Sequence record: NC_015287.1
DNA length: 64,000 nucleotides
Strand: one strand, 5' to 3'
Numbering within the stretch: position 1 is the first letter of the stretch; the number at the start of each line of letters is the position of its first letter. The notes beneath the pieces were generated by a model. The model did not search any database. It was not told the DNA's origin and saw nothing but the letters and a program-made list of their open reading frames with translations. Of this stretch, positions 29,547-39,803 are shown one piece after another. Both the position numbers and the translations under genes were made by a program.

Positions 29547-30164
29547 ATGGACACCGAAATTAAATATGAATTTCATGACTTCATTGGAATTTTTGATAAC
29601 GCAGTAGACCCACGCTTTTGTGATTTCCTTGTAGACTACATGGACAAGGCAGAGTTTGTAGATTTTAAAAGAAATTTTAGTCATGTAAAAGATAAACAAA
29701 TATGTCTGGATGGATTCTCTCCTAGTGAGTGTTCCCAGTTGATGAAGTATGTTAATAATTGTCTGTTCCATTACATTAATGAATACACCTACCTAGGCAA
29801 TTTCAGTTATGTAAGTTCTTTAGTTTTGCTTCAAAAGACAGAACCCACTAACGGATATCATTTGTTCCACGCAGAGAATGTGAATTGGAATCTAGGTAAT
29901 AGAACTATGGCATGGATGGTATATTTGAATGACGTAGAGGAAGGTGGAGAGACAGAATTTTTATATCAAAAGAGAAAAGTAAAACCAAAGAAAGGAACTA
30001 TTCTTATTTGGCCTGGTGGATATACTCACTTACATAGAGGCAATCCTCCTATGAGTGATAAGTATATTGCTACTGGTTGGTGGCAAGGAAACATTGGACT
30101 GCAACAAGTAAACACAGCAGGGATGCTTGACAATCAATATAATGAAAGTTTAAATGTAGGCTGA
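29547..30164 (+). CDS. 2OG-Fe(II) oxygenase (prolyl-hydroxylase-like)
   Basis: FHAE...AWMVYLNDVEEGGETEF...GTILIWP...THLHRG...KYIATGW. Confidence 0.88.
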   Translation: MDTEIKYEFHDFIGIFDNAVDPRFCDFLVDYMDKAEFVDFKRNFSHVKDKQICLDGFSPSECSQLMKYVNNCLFHYINEYTYLGNFSYVSSLVLLQKTEPTNGYHLFHAENVNWNLGNRTMAWMVYLNDVEEGGETEFLYQKRKVKPKKGTILIWPGGYTHLHRGNPPMSDKYIATGWWQGNIGLQQVNTAGMLDNQYNESLNVG

Positions 30165-30811
30165 TGTCTAGTATCCATATATTATTTCCGACACCAGTTT
30201 ATCAATCTGTCTTGGACTTCAGACCATCTGAAGTTAAATTTATGTTGGACTATATGAGAGATTGTGACTGGGCACCAGACACAGATATAGTTAACAGACC
30301 TAATGGCGAGACCACAAAATTAGAAGCAGATATATTATCTAAACCAGAGTTATTATTGTTAGAAAATAAAATAGATGCTGAGGTTCATAAGTTTGCAAAA
30401 TCTCTTCAACTTGATTTAAGTAAACATGGGTTGAAAAGAATCAATTCTTGGGGTAACCTACAAAGGAAGGGAAATTATATTGCAGAACATCGCCACAACA
30501 ATACTCAGTTCGCTGGAGTGTTTTACTTACAGGTTCCAGAGAGTAGTGGTGATATTGTTTTTACTACTAGAAATGCCACATGGATTACAAGTCATTGGGA
30601 ACCATCCGTGACTGGGTATGATGATCTCAACAGTTTTGAAAGGAGATTTGAACCAGAAGAGTGTGGTCTTTTTATTTTCCCTGCTCATGTAGATCACTAT
30701 GTAACTCCATCACTTTCTAGTGAGGAAAGATATAGTATCTCATTCAACTACAATCTCGATGGCAAGTTCTTCGGTGATTGTAATAACCATCTCACTATTG
30801 AAGTTAAATGA
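30164..30811 (+). CDS. 2OG-Fe(II) oxygenase-like (TIGR02466 type)
   Basis: LFPTPVY, SWGN, EHRH, GVFYL, IFPAHVDH, RYSISFN. Confidence 0.82.
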   Translation: MSSIHILFPTPVYQSVLDFRPSEVKFMLDYMRDCDWAPDTDIVNRPNGETTKLEADILSKPELLLLENKIDAEVHKFAKSLQLDLSKHGLKRINSWGNLQRKGNYIAEHRHNNTQFAGVFYLQVPESSGDIVFTTRNATWITSHWEPSVTGYDDLNSFERRFEPEECGLFIFPAHVDHYVTPSLSSEERYSISFNYNLDGKFFGDCNNHLTIEVK

Positions 30812-31017
30812 TGACTCCAGAGGAGAAGGAACTCAGATCAATTTATAATTACTATAAAGATACCAAGATGGGTTTCTTCACTAAAGACGGATATGCTGCC
30901 GTTCCATGTGGAAAAAATGCAAGAATGATAGTTTATGAAGGAGAAGTCTTACATAAATGTCTCAACGATGACACCGCAAAAAATTGGATTGCACGACATA
31001 GGAAAAGGAGAAAATGA
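30808..31017 (+). CDS. Hypothetical protein
   Basis: 69 aa, ATGA-coupled. Confidence 0.6.
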   Translation: MMTPEEKELRSIYNYYKDTKMGFFTKDGYAAVPCGKNARMIVYEGEVLHKCLNDDTAKNWIARHRKRRK

Positions 31018-31757
31018 CTAGAATTTTAGTAACTGGACACAATGGATTTATTGGTAAGGAAGTGTTCGCTTCTCTAAGAGAAGTTTTTGGATACACTGTT
31101 CAAGGTTTGGATAGACCAGATGACATCGGAGACTTTGTAGGTCCTTCTGGTATGTTCGCAGAACATTGGGATTGTATCATACACCTTGCAGCCTATGCTG
31201 CACTGAGAGATAGTGTGGATAACCCACAAAAGTTTTGGGATAATAATGTAGAAAAATCCAAACCTATCTTTGATTATTGCAGACAGAATAATGTGAGATT
31301 ATTGTATGCAAGTTCTGCTGGAGCAGAAGAATGGTGGAGAAATCCTTATGCTACTACAAAGAAAGCAAACGAACTCATGGCACCACCCAACAGTGTGGGT
31401 ATGAGGTTCTTCAATGTATGGGCAGAGGAAGGAAGTAGAGATGATATGTTATATGAAATGTTGAAACAGGGGACTGCGAGATACTTAACAAGACATAAAA
31501 GAGATTGGATTCATGTCTTGGATGTGGTCAGAGCAATTCATTATTTGATCACCAGTACATATACAGGACCGATTGATATTGGAACTGGAGAGGCAACATC
31601 TGTATTAGATCTTGCCGAGTCTATGGGTATGAGTCACCTCCCTATTCAAGAGTGGACACCTAATGAACCTGATGAGTTATGTGCTGATGTAAGACCTATG
31701 ATGGAGCTCGGTTGGTTTCCAACTGTGAACATTCTTGCACAAACCGCTAAGGTTTGA
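31014..31757 (+). CDS. NAD-dependent epimerase/dehydratase
   Basis: ILVTGHNGFIG, HLAA, YASS, YATTK, RFFNV. Confidence 0.9.
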   Translation: MTRILVTGHNGFIGKEVFASLREVFGYTVQGLDRPDDIGDFVGPSGMFAEHWDCIIHLAAYAALRDSVDNPQKFWDNNVEKSKPIFDYCRQNNVRLLYASSAGAEEWWRNPYATTKKANELMAPPNSVGMRFFNVWAEEGSRDDMLYEMLKQGTARYLTRHKRDWIHVLDVVRAIHYLITSTYTGPIDIGTGEATSVLDLAESMGMSHLPIQEWTPNEPDELCADVRPMMELGWFPTVNILAQTAKV

Positions 31758-31792
31758 TACAATAAATAAGATGAAGTTTATTTCAAACTTGT

Positions 31793-32848
31793 ATGGATAA
31801 GAAGACAGCACTAGTATTGGGTGCAGGTGGCTTCATTGGAAGTCACATGGTAAAACGACTACGATCAGAAGGGTATTGGGTTCGTGGCGTTGATATTAAG
31901 TACCCCGATTTCTCTATGAGTGCTGCCGATGATTTCGTTCAAGGTGACCTCAGAGAAGTAGGACTTGTAGCACAAGTCTTAGATGTAAATGGAGATTCTT
32001 TTGATGAGATCTACCAGTTTGCTGCCGACATGGGTGGTGCTGGATACATCTTTACAGATGAACACTCTGCTGACATCATGCACAACTCAGCAACTATTAA
32101 TTTGAATGTTCTGAACGAACAAGTTCAACTTAATAGGTTACTCGGTACAAACAAAACTAAGATCTTCTATTCTAGTTCTGCTTGTATGTACCCAGAACAT
32201 AATCAATTAGATCCTGACAATCCTGATTGCCGTGAAAATTCCGCCTACCCAGCAAATCCAGATTCAGAATACGGATGGGAAAAACTCTTTTCGGAGAGAC
32301 TATATTTTGCCTATGCTCGCAACTATGACCTTGACGTTTCTGTGGCTCGCTATCATAACATTTTTGGTCCTGAAGGGACTTGGGATGGCGGAAAAGAAAA
32401 AGCCCCTGCAGCCATCTGTAGGAAGGTCGCATCTCTACCAGAAACAGGAGGCACCATTGAGGTGTGGGGAGACGGTTTGCAAACTAGATCGTTCCTTTAC
32501 ATTGATGAGTGTATCGAAGCAACTCGTAGGTTGATTGATTCTGACTTTGAAGGACCTGTAAACATTGGTTCTGAAGAGATGGTCACTATCAATGAGTTGG
32601 TAGAGACTGCTGCTAAGGTATCTGGAAAGGTTGTAAAGAAAGCACACAAACTTGATGCACCTCTAGGTGTTCGTGGACGTAACTCCAACAACGATCTCAT
32701 TCGTGAGAAACTTGGATGGGATTATTCACAGACTCTTGAAGAGGGTATCGCCAAGACTTATGCTTGGATCTCTGAACAAATTAAATCTCGCCAACATGGC
32801 GTAGTTGATATTACATCAAAGGAACTAGAACATGCGAAAAGTAACTAA
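31793..32848 (+). CDS. GDP-mannose 3,5-epimerase-like extended SDR
   Basis: GAGGFIGSH, FAADMGGAGYI, YSSSACMYPE, YGWEKLFSE, GGKEKAPAAICRK, WGDGLQTRSF; TAAATA at 31763-68. Confidence 0.85.
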   Translation: MDKKTALVLGAGGFIGSHMVKRLRSEGYWVRGVDIKYPDFSMSAADDFVQGDLREVGLVAQVLDVNGDSFDEIYQFAADMGGAGYIFTDEHSADIMHNSATINLNVLNEQVQLNRLLGTNKTKIFYSSSACMYPEHNQLDPDNPDCRENSAYPANPDSEYGWEKLFSERLYFAYARNYDLDVSVARYHNIFGPEGTWDGGKEKAPAAICRKVASLPETGGTIEVWGDGLQTRSFLYIDECIEATRRLIDSDFEGPVNIGSEEMVTINELVETAAKVSGKVVKKAHKLDAPLGVRGRNSNNDLIREKLGWDYSQTLEEGIAKTYAWISEQIKSRQHGVVDITSKELEHAKSN

Positions 32849-33419
32849 GAAGAACATCAAACTTGATAAGGATGCAATCAAAACTCTAGATATTTCTCAT
32901 CTTGCAGAGCAATCACTCAACCCAAATGACTGGCTTACTGCTGGTCAGAGTGAATACAGATTGTATTCTTGGTTATCCACACAGTTTAATGACTCTATTA
33001 TCTTAGATGTTGGTACAAGGACAGGTGGATCTGCCCTTGCACTTTCATACAATGATAAAAATAAAGTTATTAGTTATGACCTAGTTGAGCAAGGTGCAAC
33101 AGAGGGAATCAAGAAAGATAATATTGAGTTCAAGATTCAAGACTTTAGAACTGATGACTTGAATTGGGATCATGTTTCTATTATAATGATTGACGTTGAC
33201 CCTCATGATGGGACAGCAGAGGAAGAGATGTTTGAATACCTAGAAGAGAAAGGATGGTCTGGTATCGTTCTTCTCGATGATATCGGTCCTCAATGGCCTG
33301 AGATCGAAGACTTCTGGAACAGAATCACATTCCCTAAAATTAATGTTACTGAGGTTGGACATATGAGTGGTACTGGTCTTGTCAATTTTGATGAGAAACA
33401 TTCCGTTGCTTGGCTTTGA
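32832..33419 (+). CDS. Class I SAM-dependent methyltransferase
   Basis: ILDVGTRTGGSA, IMIDVDPH, VLLDDI. Confidence 0.75.
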   Translation: MRKVTKKNIKLDKDAIKTLDISHLAEQSLNPNDWLTAGQSEYRLYSWLSTQFNDSIILDVGTRTGGSALALSYNDKNKVISYDLVEQGATEGIKKDNIEFKIQDFRTDDLNWDHVSIIMIDVDPHDGTAEEEMFEYLEEKGWSGIVLLDDIGPQWPEIEDFWNRITFPKINVTEVGHMSGTGLVNFDEKHSVAWL

Positions 33420-34324
33420 TGGAGGTTGTCATTACAAAAATGGATTATGAAGACATGTATTACGAGCAAAGAGCTCGTAAGATATTGGTGCTAGGATCTG
33501 GTGGTCAAGTTGGAGCATATCTGACTGACTACCTTAATCGTATGGGGAATGAAGTTCTTGAGTTTGATATCACTAATGGTAGCGAACAGGACATGACAGT
33601 CATTCCAAATGGTGAACTTGAAGCCAAAATTTATATGGCAGATTTTGTGTACTTCCTTGCCTTTGATGTAGGGGGATCACACTATCTTAAAAAGTATCAA
33701 CATACTTTTCAGTTCATAGATAATAATACAAGACTGATGGCAAATGCTTTTGGTCTGCTTGAGAAACATAAGAAACCATTTGTATTCGCATCATCACAGA
33801 TGAGTAATATGTCTTACTCTCCATATGGTGTATTGAAAAGAGTTGGTGAACTTTATACCAAGTCTCTTGGTGGATTGATTGTCAAGTTCTGGAATGTGTA
33901 TGGTATTGAAAAAGACATGGACAAAGCACATGTCATTACAGACTTCATCCGTAAAGGGTTTGAATCTGGTGATATAGATATGATGACAGACGGAACTGAA
34001 GCAAGAGAGTTTCTTTATGCAGAAGACTGTTGTGAAGCGTTGGAGACTGTTATGGAAACATACCATGATCTCCGTTCAGACGATGAACTTCATATTACTA
34101 CTGGTGTTTATACAACTGTGTTGGAGATTGCGTCAGAAATTAAGTCATTATTTTCTGGTATTGGGAAGGAGATCACGGTTACGCCTGCACAATCGAAGGA
34201 TGAAGTGCAGAAGGATGCTAGGAATGTACCTGACCCATTCATAAAGAAATTTTGGCAACCTAGAACATCTGTTAAAGAAGGTTTGCAAAAAGTATTTGAG
34301 GAGATGAGAAAGGATTATGAATAA
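33410..34324 (+). CDS. NAD-dependent epimerase/dehydratase
   Basis: ILVLGSGGQVG, FASS, YGVLK, FWNVYG, REFLYAED. Confidence 0.88.
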   Translation: MALMEVVITKMDYEDMYYEQRARKILVLGSGGQVGAYLTDYLNRMGNEVLEFDITNGSEQDMTVIPNGELEAKIYMADFVYFLAFDVGGSHYLKKYQHTFQFIDNNTRLMANAFGLLEKHKKPFVFASSQMSNMSYSPYGVLKRVGELYTKSLGGLIVKFWNVYGIEKDMDKAHVITDFIRKGFESGDIDMMTDGTEAREFLYAEDCCEALETVMETYHDLRSDDELHITTGVYTTVLEIASEIKSLFSGIGKEITVTPAQSKDEVQKDARNVPDPFIKKFWQPRTSVKEGLQKVFEEMRKDYE

Positions 34325-35294
34325 GTATGATGCCGAGGCAGCAGCACTAAGAGAGGCAGTTGAAAAGGCGAAGAAGAGTCCTACAGGAATGGATTTTCCT
34401 GTCCTAGGACCTGAGTCTAAATTTCCTATCAATCTTTATTGTAATGATTCATTAGAACCATCTACTTCGGCAAACAATAGGTCGGTATATACTAGATGGA
34501 TGCGTAATGGTACTGGTCTTGTGAACCTCTATGTAAATGGAGAAGCACTAAAAGTCTTAGAGGACAACAGTGATAAACCAAAGTTTATTTGGTTGTTGGA
34601 ATCTAGGGAAATTATTCCAGACCAATATAAATTTATCGAGGAGAACTATGATTTTGTTGCTAGTCGTGTCGATGGCATTTTTACTTGCGATCAGAGACTC
34701 ACGCATGAGGCTGGTCCTGACGGTAAATTTCTTTATTGTATCTCTAATGCTGCTCCTTGGGTCATGGATAGGGACGTATACAGCAAGTCAAAACTTGTCT
34801 CAATGGTCGCATCTAACAAAGGATATACTGTGGGACATCAACGCCGTCTCAAAGTAGTAGAAGCATACTATAAAAAACAAGGTGGTGATGATTTATTTGG
34901 TTGGGGATTACCTCAAGAGTTACCACTCAAAGAAAAGTCAAAAGCATTGAGAGATTATATGTTCTCCTTTGCAGTAGAGAACGCAAACTATCCAACTTAC
35001 TTTACTGAGAAGTTGACAGATTGTTTTGCGTGTGGAACTATTCCAGTGTATTATGGTACTGCTGGAGTTGCCCAATACTTCAATCCAGAAGGTATCATAT
35101 TCTTAGATGAGAAAAAGCCTTGGGAAAATATTCCTTGGGATAAACTCACACCTGAGTATTATGAATCTAAGAAAGATGTAATACAAGAAAACTTTGAGAT
35201 TGCTCAGTGCATGAGAGTCGCAGAGGATTACATGTATGGAAATTATTTTGCACAACTCGACCCACTTAGACATCAAAAACCACAAGTATCATGA
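34317..35294 (+). CDS. Glycosyltransferase family 10 (alpha-1,3-fucosyltransferase-like)
   Basis: MVASNK, YMFSFAVEN...YFTEKL.DCF..GTIPVYYG. Confidence 0.8.
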   Translation: MNKYDAEAAALREAVEKAKKSPTGMDFPVLGPESKFPINLYCNDSLEPSTSANNRSVYTRWMRNGTGLVNLYVNGEALKVLEDNSDKPKFIWLLESREIIPDQYKFIEENYDFVASRVDGIFTCDQRLTHEAGPDGKFLYCISNAAPWVMDRDVYSKSKLVSMVASNKGYTVGHQRRLKVVEAYYKKQGGDDLFGWGLPQELPLKEKSKALRDYMFSFAVENANYPTYFTEKLTDCFACGTIPVYYGTAGVAQYFNPEGIIFLDEKKPWENIPWDKLTPEYYESKKDVIQENFEIAQCMRVAEDYMYGNYFAQLDPLRHQKPQVS

Positions 35295-36103
35295 GTGAAA
35301 TTATTGACGTATCTGCAACTACTGTCACAGATGACCGTAGTGGATGGCAAGCAGAAGATCAAATTGCCGTAGAATATCTTGAAGCATGTAAGGAAGCAGT
35401 TGCATCTGATGAGGCCTTTGCAAACTTCAAATCTAATCCAAAGTATAAGACTATTCTGGAACATGTACTTAAGGATCAAGGACAAGCCTATCTGAATATC
35501 TGTAAGGATATGAATGAGGATGCAGTCTGGGAAAACATTGAGGCATTTAAAGAGAATGATAAGATTGGTAATCCAGAACTGTATCCGTATCCAGGCATGA
35601 GTGGTACAATATCTCCTACAACTCTCAGGTATATGAAGAATACTTTTGAGTGTGGATTCTTACTTGATGGTGCTCCTGTTAGTAAGATTGTAGAAGTAGG
35701 TGGTGGGTATGGTGGACTCTGTAGAGTCTTGAGTAAAGTGTGTGAGTTTGATGAATATATTTTGATCGACTTACCAGAAGTATCTGCCTTGCAGAGAAAA
35801 TATCTAGATCAGTTTGAAGATCTAAAAGACAAGGTAACATGTATTCCGTGTACAGAGTATGAAGAGATTAAAGATGTTGATCTTTTCATTAGTAACTATG
35901 CTCTATCTGAATGTGATCTTCCTACACAGATGGCATATTACGATAAGATTATCACGAATTCAAAATATGTTTATATGATATACAACCTTGTCAATTTCAA
36001 TGAATTCTATTATAATGATTTTATTGAAAAGATTAAAAAAGATTACACCTTTGATACAGGTCGTGATTATGAAAACACTGTCATTCTAGCAACCAGAAAA
36101 TGA
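35291..36103 (+). CDS. Putative sugar O-methyltransferase
   Basis: PTTLRY, IVEVGGGYGGL, LIDLPEV, DLFISNYALSEC. Confidence 0.75.
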   Translation: MSEIIDVSATTVTDDRSGWQAEDQIAVEYLEACKEAVASDEAFANFKSNPKYKTILEHVLKDQGQAYLNICKDMNEDAVWENIEAFKENDKIGNPELYPYPGMSGTISPTTLRYMKNTFECGFLLDGAPVSKIVEVGGGYGGLCRVLSKVCEFDEYILIDLPEVSALQRKYLDQFEDLKDKVTCIPCTEYEEIKDVDLFISNYALSECDLPTQMAYYDKIITNSKYVYMIYNLVNFNEFYYNDFIEKIKKDYTFDTGRDYENTVILATRK

Positions 36104-36861
36104 ATCGCATCCAAGATTATAAATCACTTACCATTGATATGGTTGGGTGGTTGTGTAAGTATGCACATGATAATAATGTAGACAGTTTTGTAGTAGGAGT
36201 TTCTGGTGGAATTGATTCCGCCGTTGCTTCTACTCTTGCTGTAAGAACAGGATTACCAACTTATGTTATTGGTATGCCACTGAATCAAAATATAGAACAG
36301 GAGACACTCTCTGATGCACATATGTTTTGGTTGGCAAAAAACTATCCTAATGTAAAACATCTTAAAGCAGATCTTTCAGAATCTTACGCCAAGTTAATGT
36401 CGGATTTGACAAATGAGTTTGGTTTAGAGTATACTGGAAATCCATTGGCAAAAGCCAATACAAAATCACGCCTCCGCATGGTGACACTATATCATGTCGC
36501 TGCAAATGTAGGAGGTATCGTAGTAGGTACAGGTAACAAAGTAGAAGATTATGGAGTCGGTTTTTATACTAAGTATGGTGATGGTGGGGTTGACATTGCT
36601 CCGATTGCGGACCTTTACAAATCAGAGGTCAGAGAACTCGGACGAGAACTCGGAGTAATCCCTGAGATCATCAACGCAACTCCTACAGATGGACTGTGGG
36701 AGGATGGTAGAAATGATGAAGACCAGATTGGTGCTTCATACGAACAATTAGAAGAGGCCATGGAAACTGGTGCAGGTCCTGGCTTGGAGATTCTCCAAAA
36801 ATTCAATGCACAAAACAAACACAAAATGGATCCTATCCCAACGTATAAATTAGAGGTTTAA
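36100..36861 (+). CDS. nadE: NH3-dependent NAD+ synthetase
   Basis: GVSGGIDS, NTKSRLRM, GTGNKVE, GFYTKYGDGG, PIADLYKSEV, PTDGLW. Confidence 0.92.
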   Translation: MNRIQDYKSLTIDMVGWLCKYAHDNNVDSFVVGVSGGIDSAVASTLAVRTGLPTYVIGMPLNQNIEQETLSDAHMFWLAKNYPNVKHLKADLSESYAKLMSDLTNEFGLEYTGNPLAKANTKSRLRMVTLYHVAANVGGIVVGTGNKVEDYGVGFYTKYGDGGVDIAPIADLYKSEVRELGRELGVIPEIINATPTDGLWEDGRNDEDQIGASYEQLEEAMETGAGPGLEILQKFNAQNKHKMDPIPTYKLEV

Positions 36862-36868
36862 TTTCACA

Positions 36869-38020
36869 ATGAAAATCGGTGTTATCGGTGCAGGGAGACT
36901 TGGCATTTGTTTTGCCCTTCTTGCAGAGTCCGCTGGTCATGATGTATTTGTTTCTGATGTACAAGCAAGTTATGTCAGTAAACTTAATGCTAAGGAACTT
37001 TATAGTAACGAACCAGAGGTAGAAGATCTCTTACTTCGATCTAAGAAACTAAGAGCTAGTACTAACAACCAAGATGTTATTAAATCTTCTGATATTATCT
37101 TTACTTTTGTTCCTACTCCCTCTCTAGATGATGGTAGTTATGATTGTAGTTTGGTTGACGCTGTTGTGTGTGATCTCCTCAGATCTCCCAACTTGGAAGG
37201 AAAGAAATTTATTGTCGGATGTACAACTAATCCAGGCTTTGTAGATAAGGTAGATAAGAAATTAGAAGGACGAGGTATAAGTGTATTCTATAGTCCTGAG
37301 TTTGTTGCACAAGGAACAATTATCAGAGACATGAGAAACGCAGATATGATTCTGTGTGGTGGCAATGATGAGGAAGGATTTGAACTTATCAAATCAATCT
37401 ATCTTTCATTCATGGAGAAAGATGTAAACTTCTATCCCATGTCTAATACTGCTGCGGAGATTACAAAGATTGGTATTAACTGTTTCCTTACATACAAGAT
37501 CAGTTATGCTAACATGATGGGTCAGATTCTATACAACTCTGGGTGTGGTGATGAGATCAAAAACATCCTGTCATCCATTGGAGCAGACAGTAGAATTGGA
37601 TCTAAATATTTGAACTATGGTTTGGGTTTCGGAGGTCCTTGCTTGCCCCGTGACAACCGTGCTTTAGGACACTATGCTGATAAGGTTGGTCTTAAGTATA
37701 GTCTTCCTCAAGTGACTGATGATTTCAATGAAGCACATGCAGACTTCATTAAGAACTACTGCATTGAAAGTAATACAGAAAGTCTTCCTTTCTTTATTGA
37801 TAGTATTGGTTACAAGATAGGATGTGATCTTGTAGTTGAAAGTCCACGACTTAGACTCGTAGAAGATCTATTGAAGGATGGTCACACAGTATATGTGCAA
37901 GAGATTGATGATGTCATAGATGACTATGGCGAGGAACTAGAAGAAGATTATGGTGACAACCTTATCTTCGTCAAGAACTATAATGAAATTCATGAGAGAG
38001 TGTGGAGGATTGATCTTTGA
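36869..38020 (+). CDS. UDP-glucose/GDP-mannose 6-dehydrogenase family
   Basis: IGVIGAGRLG, FVPTP, YSPEF, AAEITK, GFGGPCLPRD. Confidence 0.9.
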   Translation: MKIGVIGAGRLGICFALLAESAGHDVFVSDVQASYVSKLNAKELYSNEPEVEDLLLRSKKLRASTNNQDVIKSSDIIFTFVPTPSLDDGSYDCSLVDAVVCDLLRSPNLEGKKFIVGCTTNPGFVDKVDKKLEGRGISVFYSPEFVAQGTIIRDMRNADMILCGGNDEEGFELIKSIYLSFMEKDVNFYPMSNTAAEITKIGINCFLTYKISYANMMGQILYNSGCGDEIKNILSSIGADSRIGSKYLNYGLGFGGPCLPRDNRALGHYADKVGLKYSLPQVTDDFNEAHADFIKNYCIESNTESLPFFIDSIGYKIGCDLVVESPRLRLVEDLLKDGHTVYVQEIDDVIDDYGEELEEDYGDNLIFVKNYNEIHERVWRIDL

Positions 38021-38877
38021 CGATTAGTTATAATAAACTTGGTAGTAATGGCAGACTTGGGAATCAAATGTTCCAGTACGCCTCACTTAGAGGTATCGCT
38101 AATTACAATCAATACCAGTGGATGATTCCGCCACCTGATTACAACCATAAAGATAATTATGGATTGTTCGATACCTTTGAGATGAAGCATTGCAAACCTG
38201 AGAATCTTGGGTTCAATGATGCTATGTCAGTTACAGAGAAGACACATGCTTTTGACGATAGTATGTTCTACTGTACTGACGGTGTAAATATTGATGGATA
38301 TCTTCAAACCGAAGATTATTTTGTTCACATTGCTGATCAGATTCGTGAGGATTTCACTTTTAGAAAAGATTATCTGGAACCTTGTAAAGAGTACATTGAT
38401 TCTCTGGCCAGTAGTCCTATTTTTATTCACATTCGTCAGTCTGACAACATTGGAAGAGAGGAATACCACCCCATCCTCCCGCTATCATTTTTTGAGAGTG
38501 CGTTAGAATTTTGGAGTCCTGATACTCCATGTTTTGTGTTCACAGATGACTTAGAATGGTGTAAGAAACAATCTTTATTTAAGAATGATAGGTTTATCTT
38601 CAACGATAATCCTGAGAGATATGAATATCAAACTATTGATGGCACAGGACAGATGCAGAACACTCTTCTGCCTCAGGTTGATCTATGTTTGATGAGTCTT
38701 TGCACTGGTGCTATCATCGCCAACAGTTCTTTCAGTTGGTGGGGTGCATGGTTGCAAGGAGATAGGGGTAAAGTCATCGCCCCTGACCCAGAGAAGTGGT
38801 ATGGTTCTGCCATGTCACATTTGGATACAAGTATGATGGTTCCTGCCCGTTGGCAGATACACTATTGGAGTAAATAA
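38017..38877 (+). CDS. Glycosyltransferase family 11 (alpha-1,2-fucosyltransferase-like), copy 1
   Basis: GRLGNQMFQYA, HIRQSD, ANSSFSWWGAWL; TTG start. Confidence 0.88.
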   Translation: MTISYNKLGSNGRLGNQMFQYASLRGIANYNQYQWMIPPPDYNHKDNYGLFDTFEMKHCKPENLGFNDAMSVTEKTHAFDDSMFYCTDGVNIDGYLQTEDYFVHIADQIREDFTFRKDYLEPCKEYIDSLASSPIFIHIRQSDNIGREEYHPILPLSFFESALEFWSPDTPCFVFTDDLEWCKKQSLFKNDRFIFNDNPERYEYQTIDGTGQMQNTLLPQVDLCLMSLCTGAIIANSSFSWWGAWLQGDRGKVIAPDPEKWYGSAMSHLDTSMMVPARWQIHYWSK

Positions 38878-39803
38878 TGGCAATTTCATTTCAAGGACTA
38901 GGAAACGAAGGTAGACTTGGAAACCAAATGTTTCAGTATGCTTTTGTTCGAGGGGTCGCTGCCAATCGTGGATTCGATTGGGTAGTGCCAGGACCTGATG
39001 CAGATAGGTTGGACAACTATGGTTTGTTTGATGCCTTTGAATTATCTGGTTGCCTCCCACAAAATCAGGGAGAACCATTCTTTCATAAACAGGAAGTCTA
39101 TAGAGATATGGCTTTCAATGAGAAGATCTATAATGAGTGTGAAGACAACACTAACTTCTCTGGTAACTTTCAAACAGAATATTATTTTGAATCTATCGCT
39201 GCAGATATCAGACACGATTTTACATTCAAGAAAGAATATCTAGAACCCTGTACAGAGTTTATTGAAGAGAACGGTGGACAAGATAATAATATCTTCCTAC
39301 ATGTTCGCAGAGGTAATCCTAATGTGACAGGCAGAAGAGGAGAGAAATGGTCTTACCAGATGGTGCAAGAGTATCATCCTATTTGTAAGAAAGAATATTA
39401 TATTGAGGCACTATCAAAGTTTGATGAAAATAAAAATGTCATTGTAGTTTCTGACACTATTGATTGGTGTAAGAAACAGGATTGGTTACAGGGAGATAGA
39501 TTCCTATTCTCTGATGCCTCGTATGAGGAGTTCGGAGATGGTGCATCTGTTCCTTACATTGATCTATGCCTTATGACACTATGCGGTGGTGGTATCATCG
39601 CCAACTCATCTCTATCATGGTGGGGTGCATGGTTGCAGAAAGGTGGTGACAAAATGGGTAAGGACAGCATCCAAAGACATTGGCAAGTTATTGCTCCTGA
39701 CCCTTGGTTTGGAATCAAGTATGACATGTATGATATGAAGGACTTGATCCCTCCACGTTGGATTAAATTGTACAACGACCCCTCTTATATTGAACCCGAA
39801 TAA
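38877..39803 (+). CDS. Glycosyltransferase family 11, copy 2
   Basis: GRLGNQMFQYA, HVRRGN, ANSSLSWWGAWL. Confidence 0.88.
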   Translation: MAISFQGLGNEGRLGNQMFQYAFVRGVAANRGFDWVVPGPDADRLDNYGLFDAFELSGCLPQNQGEPFFHKQEVYRDMAFNEKIYNECEDNTNFSGNFQTEYYFESIAADIRHDFTFKKEYLEPCTEFIEENGGQDNNIFLHVRRGNPNVTGRRGEKWSYQMVQEYHPICKKEYYIEALSKFDENKNVIVVSDTIDWCKKQDWLQGDRFLFSDASYEEFGDGASVPYIDLCLMTLCGGGIIANSSLSWWGAWLQKGGDKMGKDSIQRHWQVIAPDPWFGIKYDMYDMKDLIPPRWIKLYNDPSYIEPE

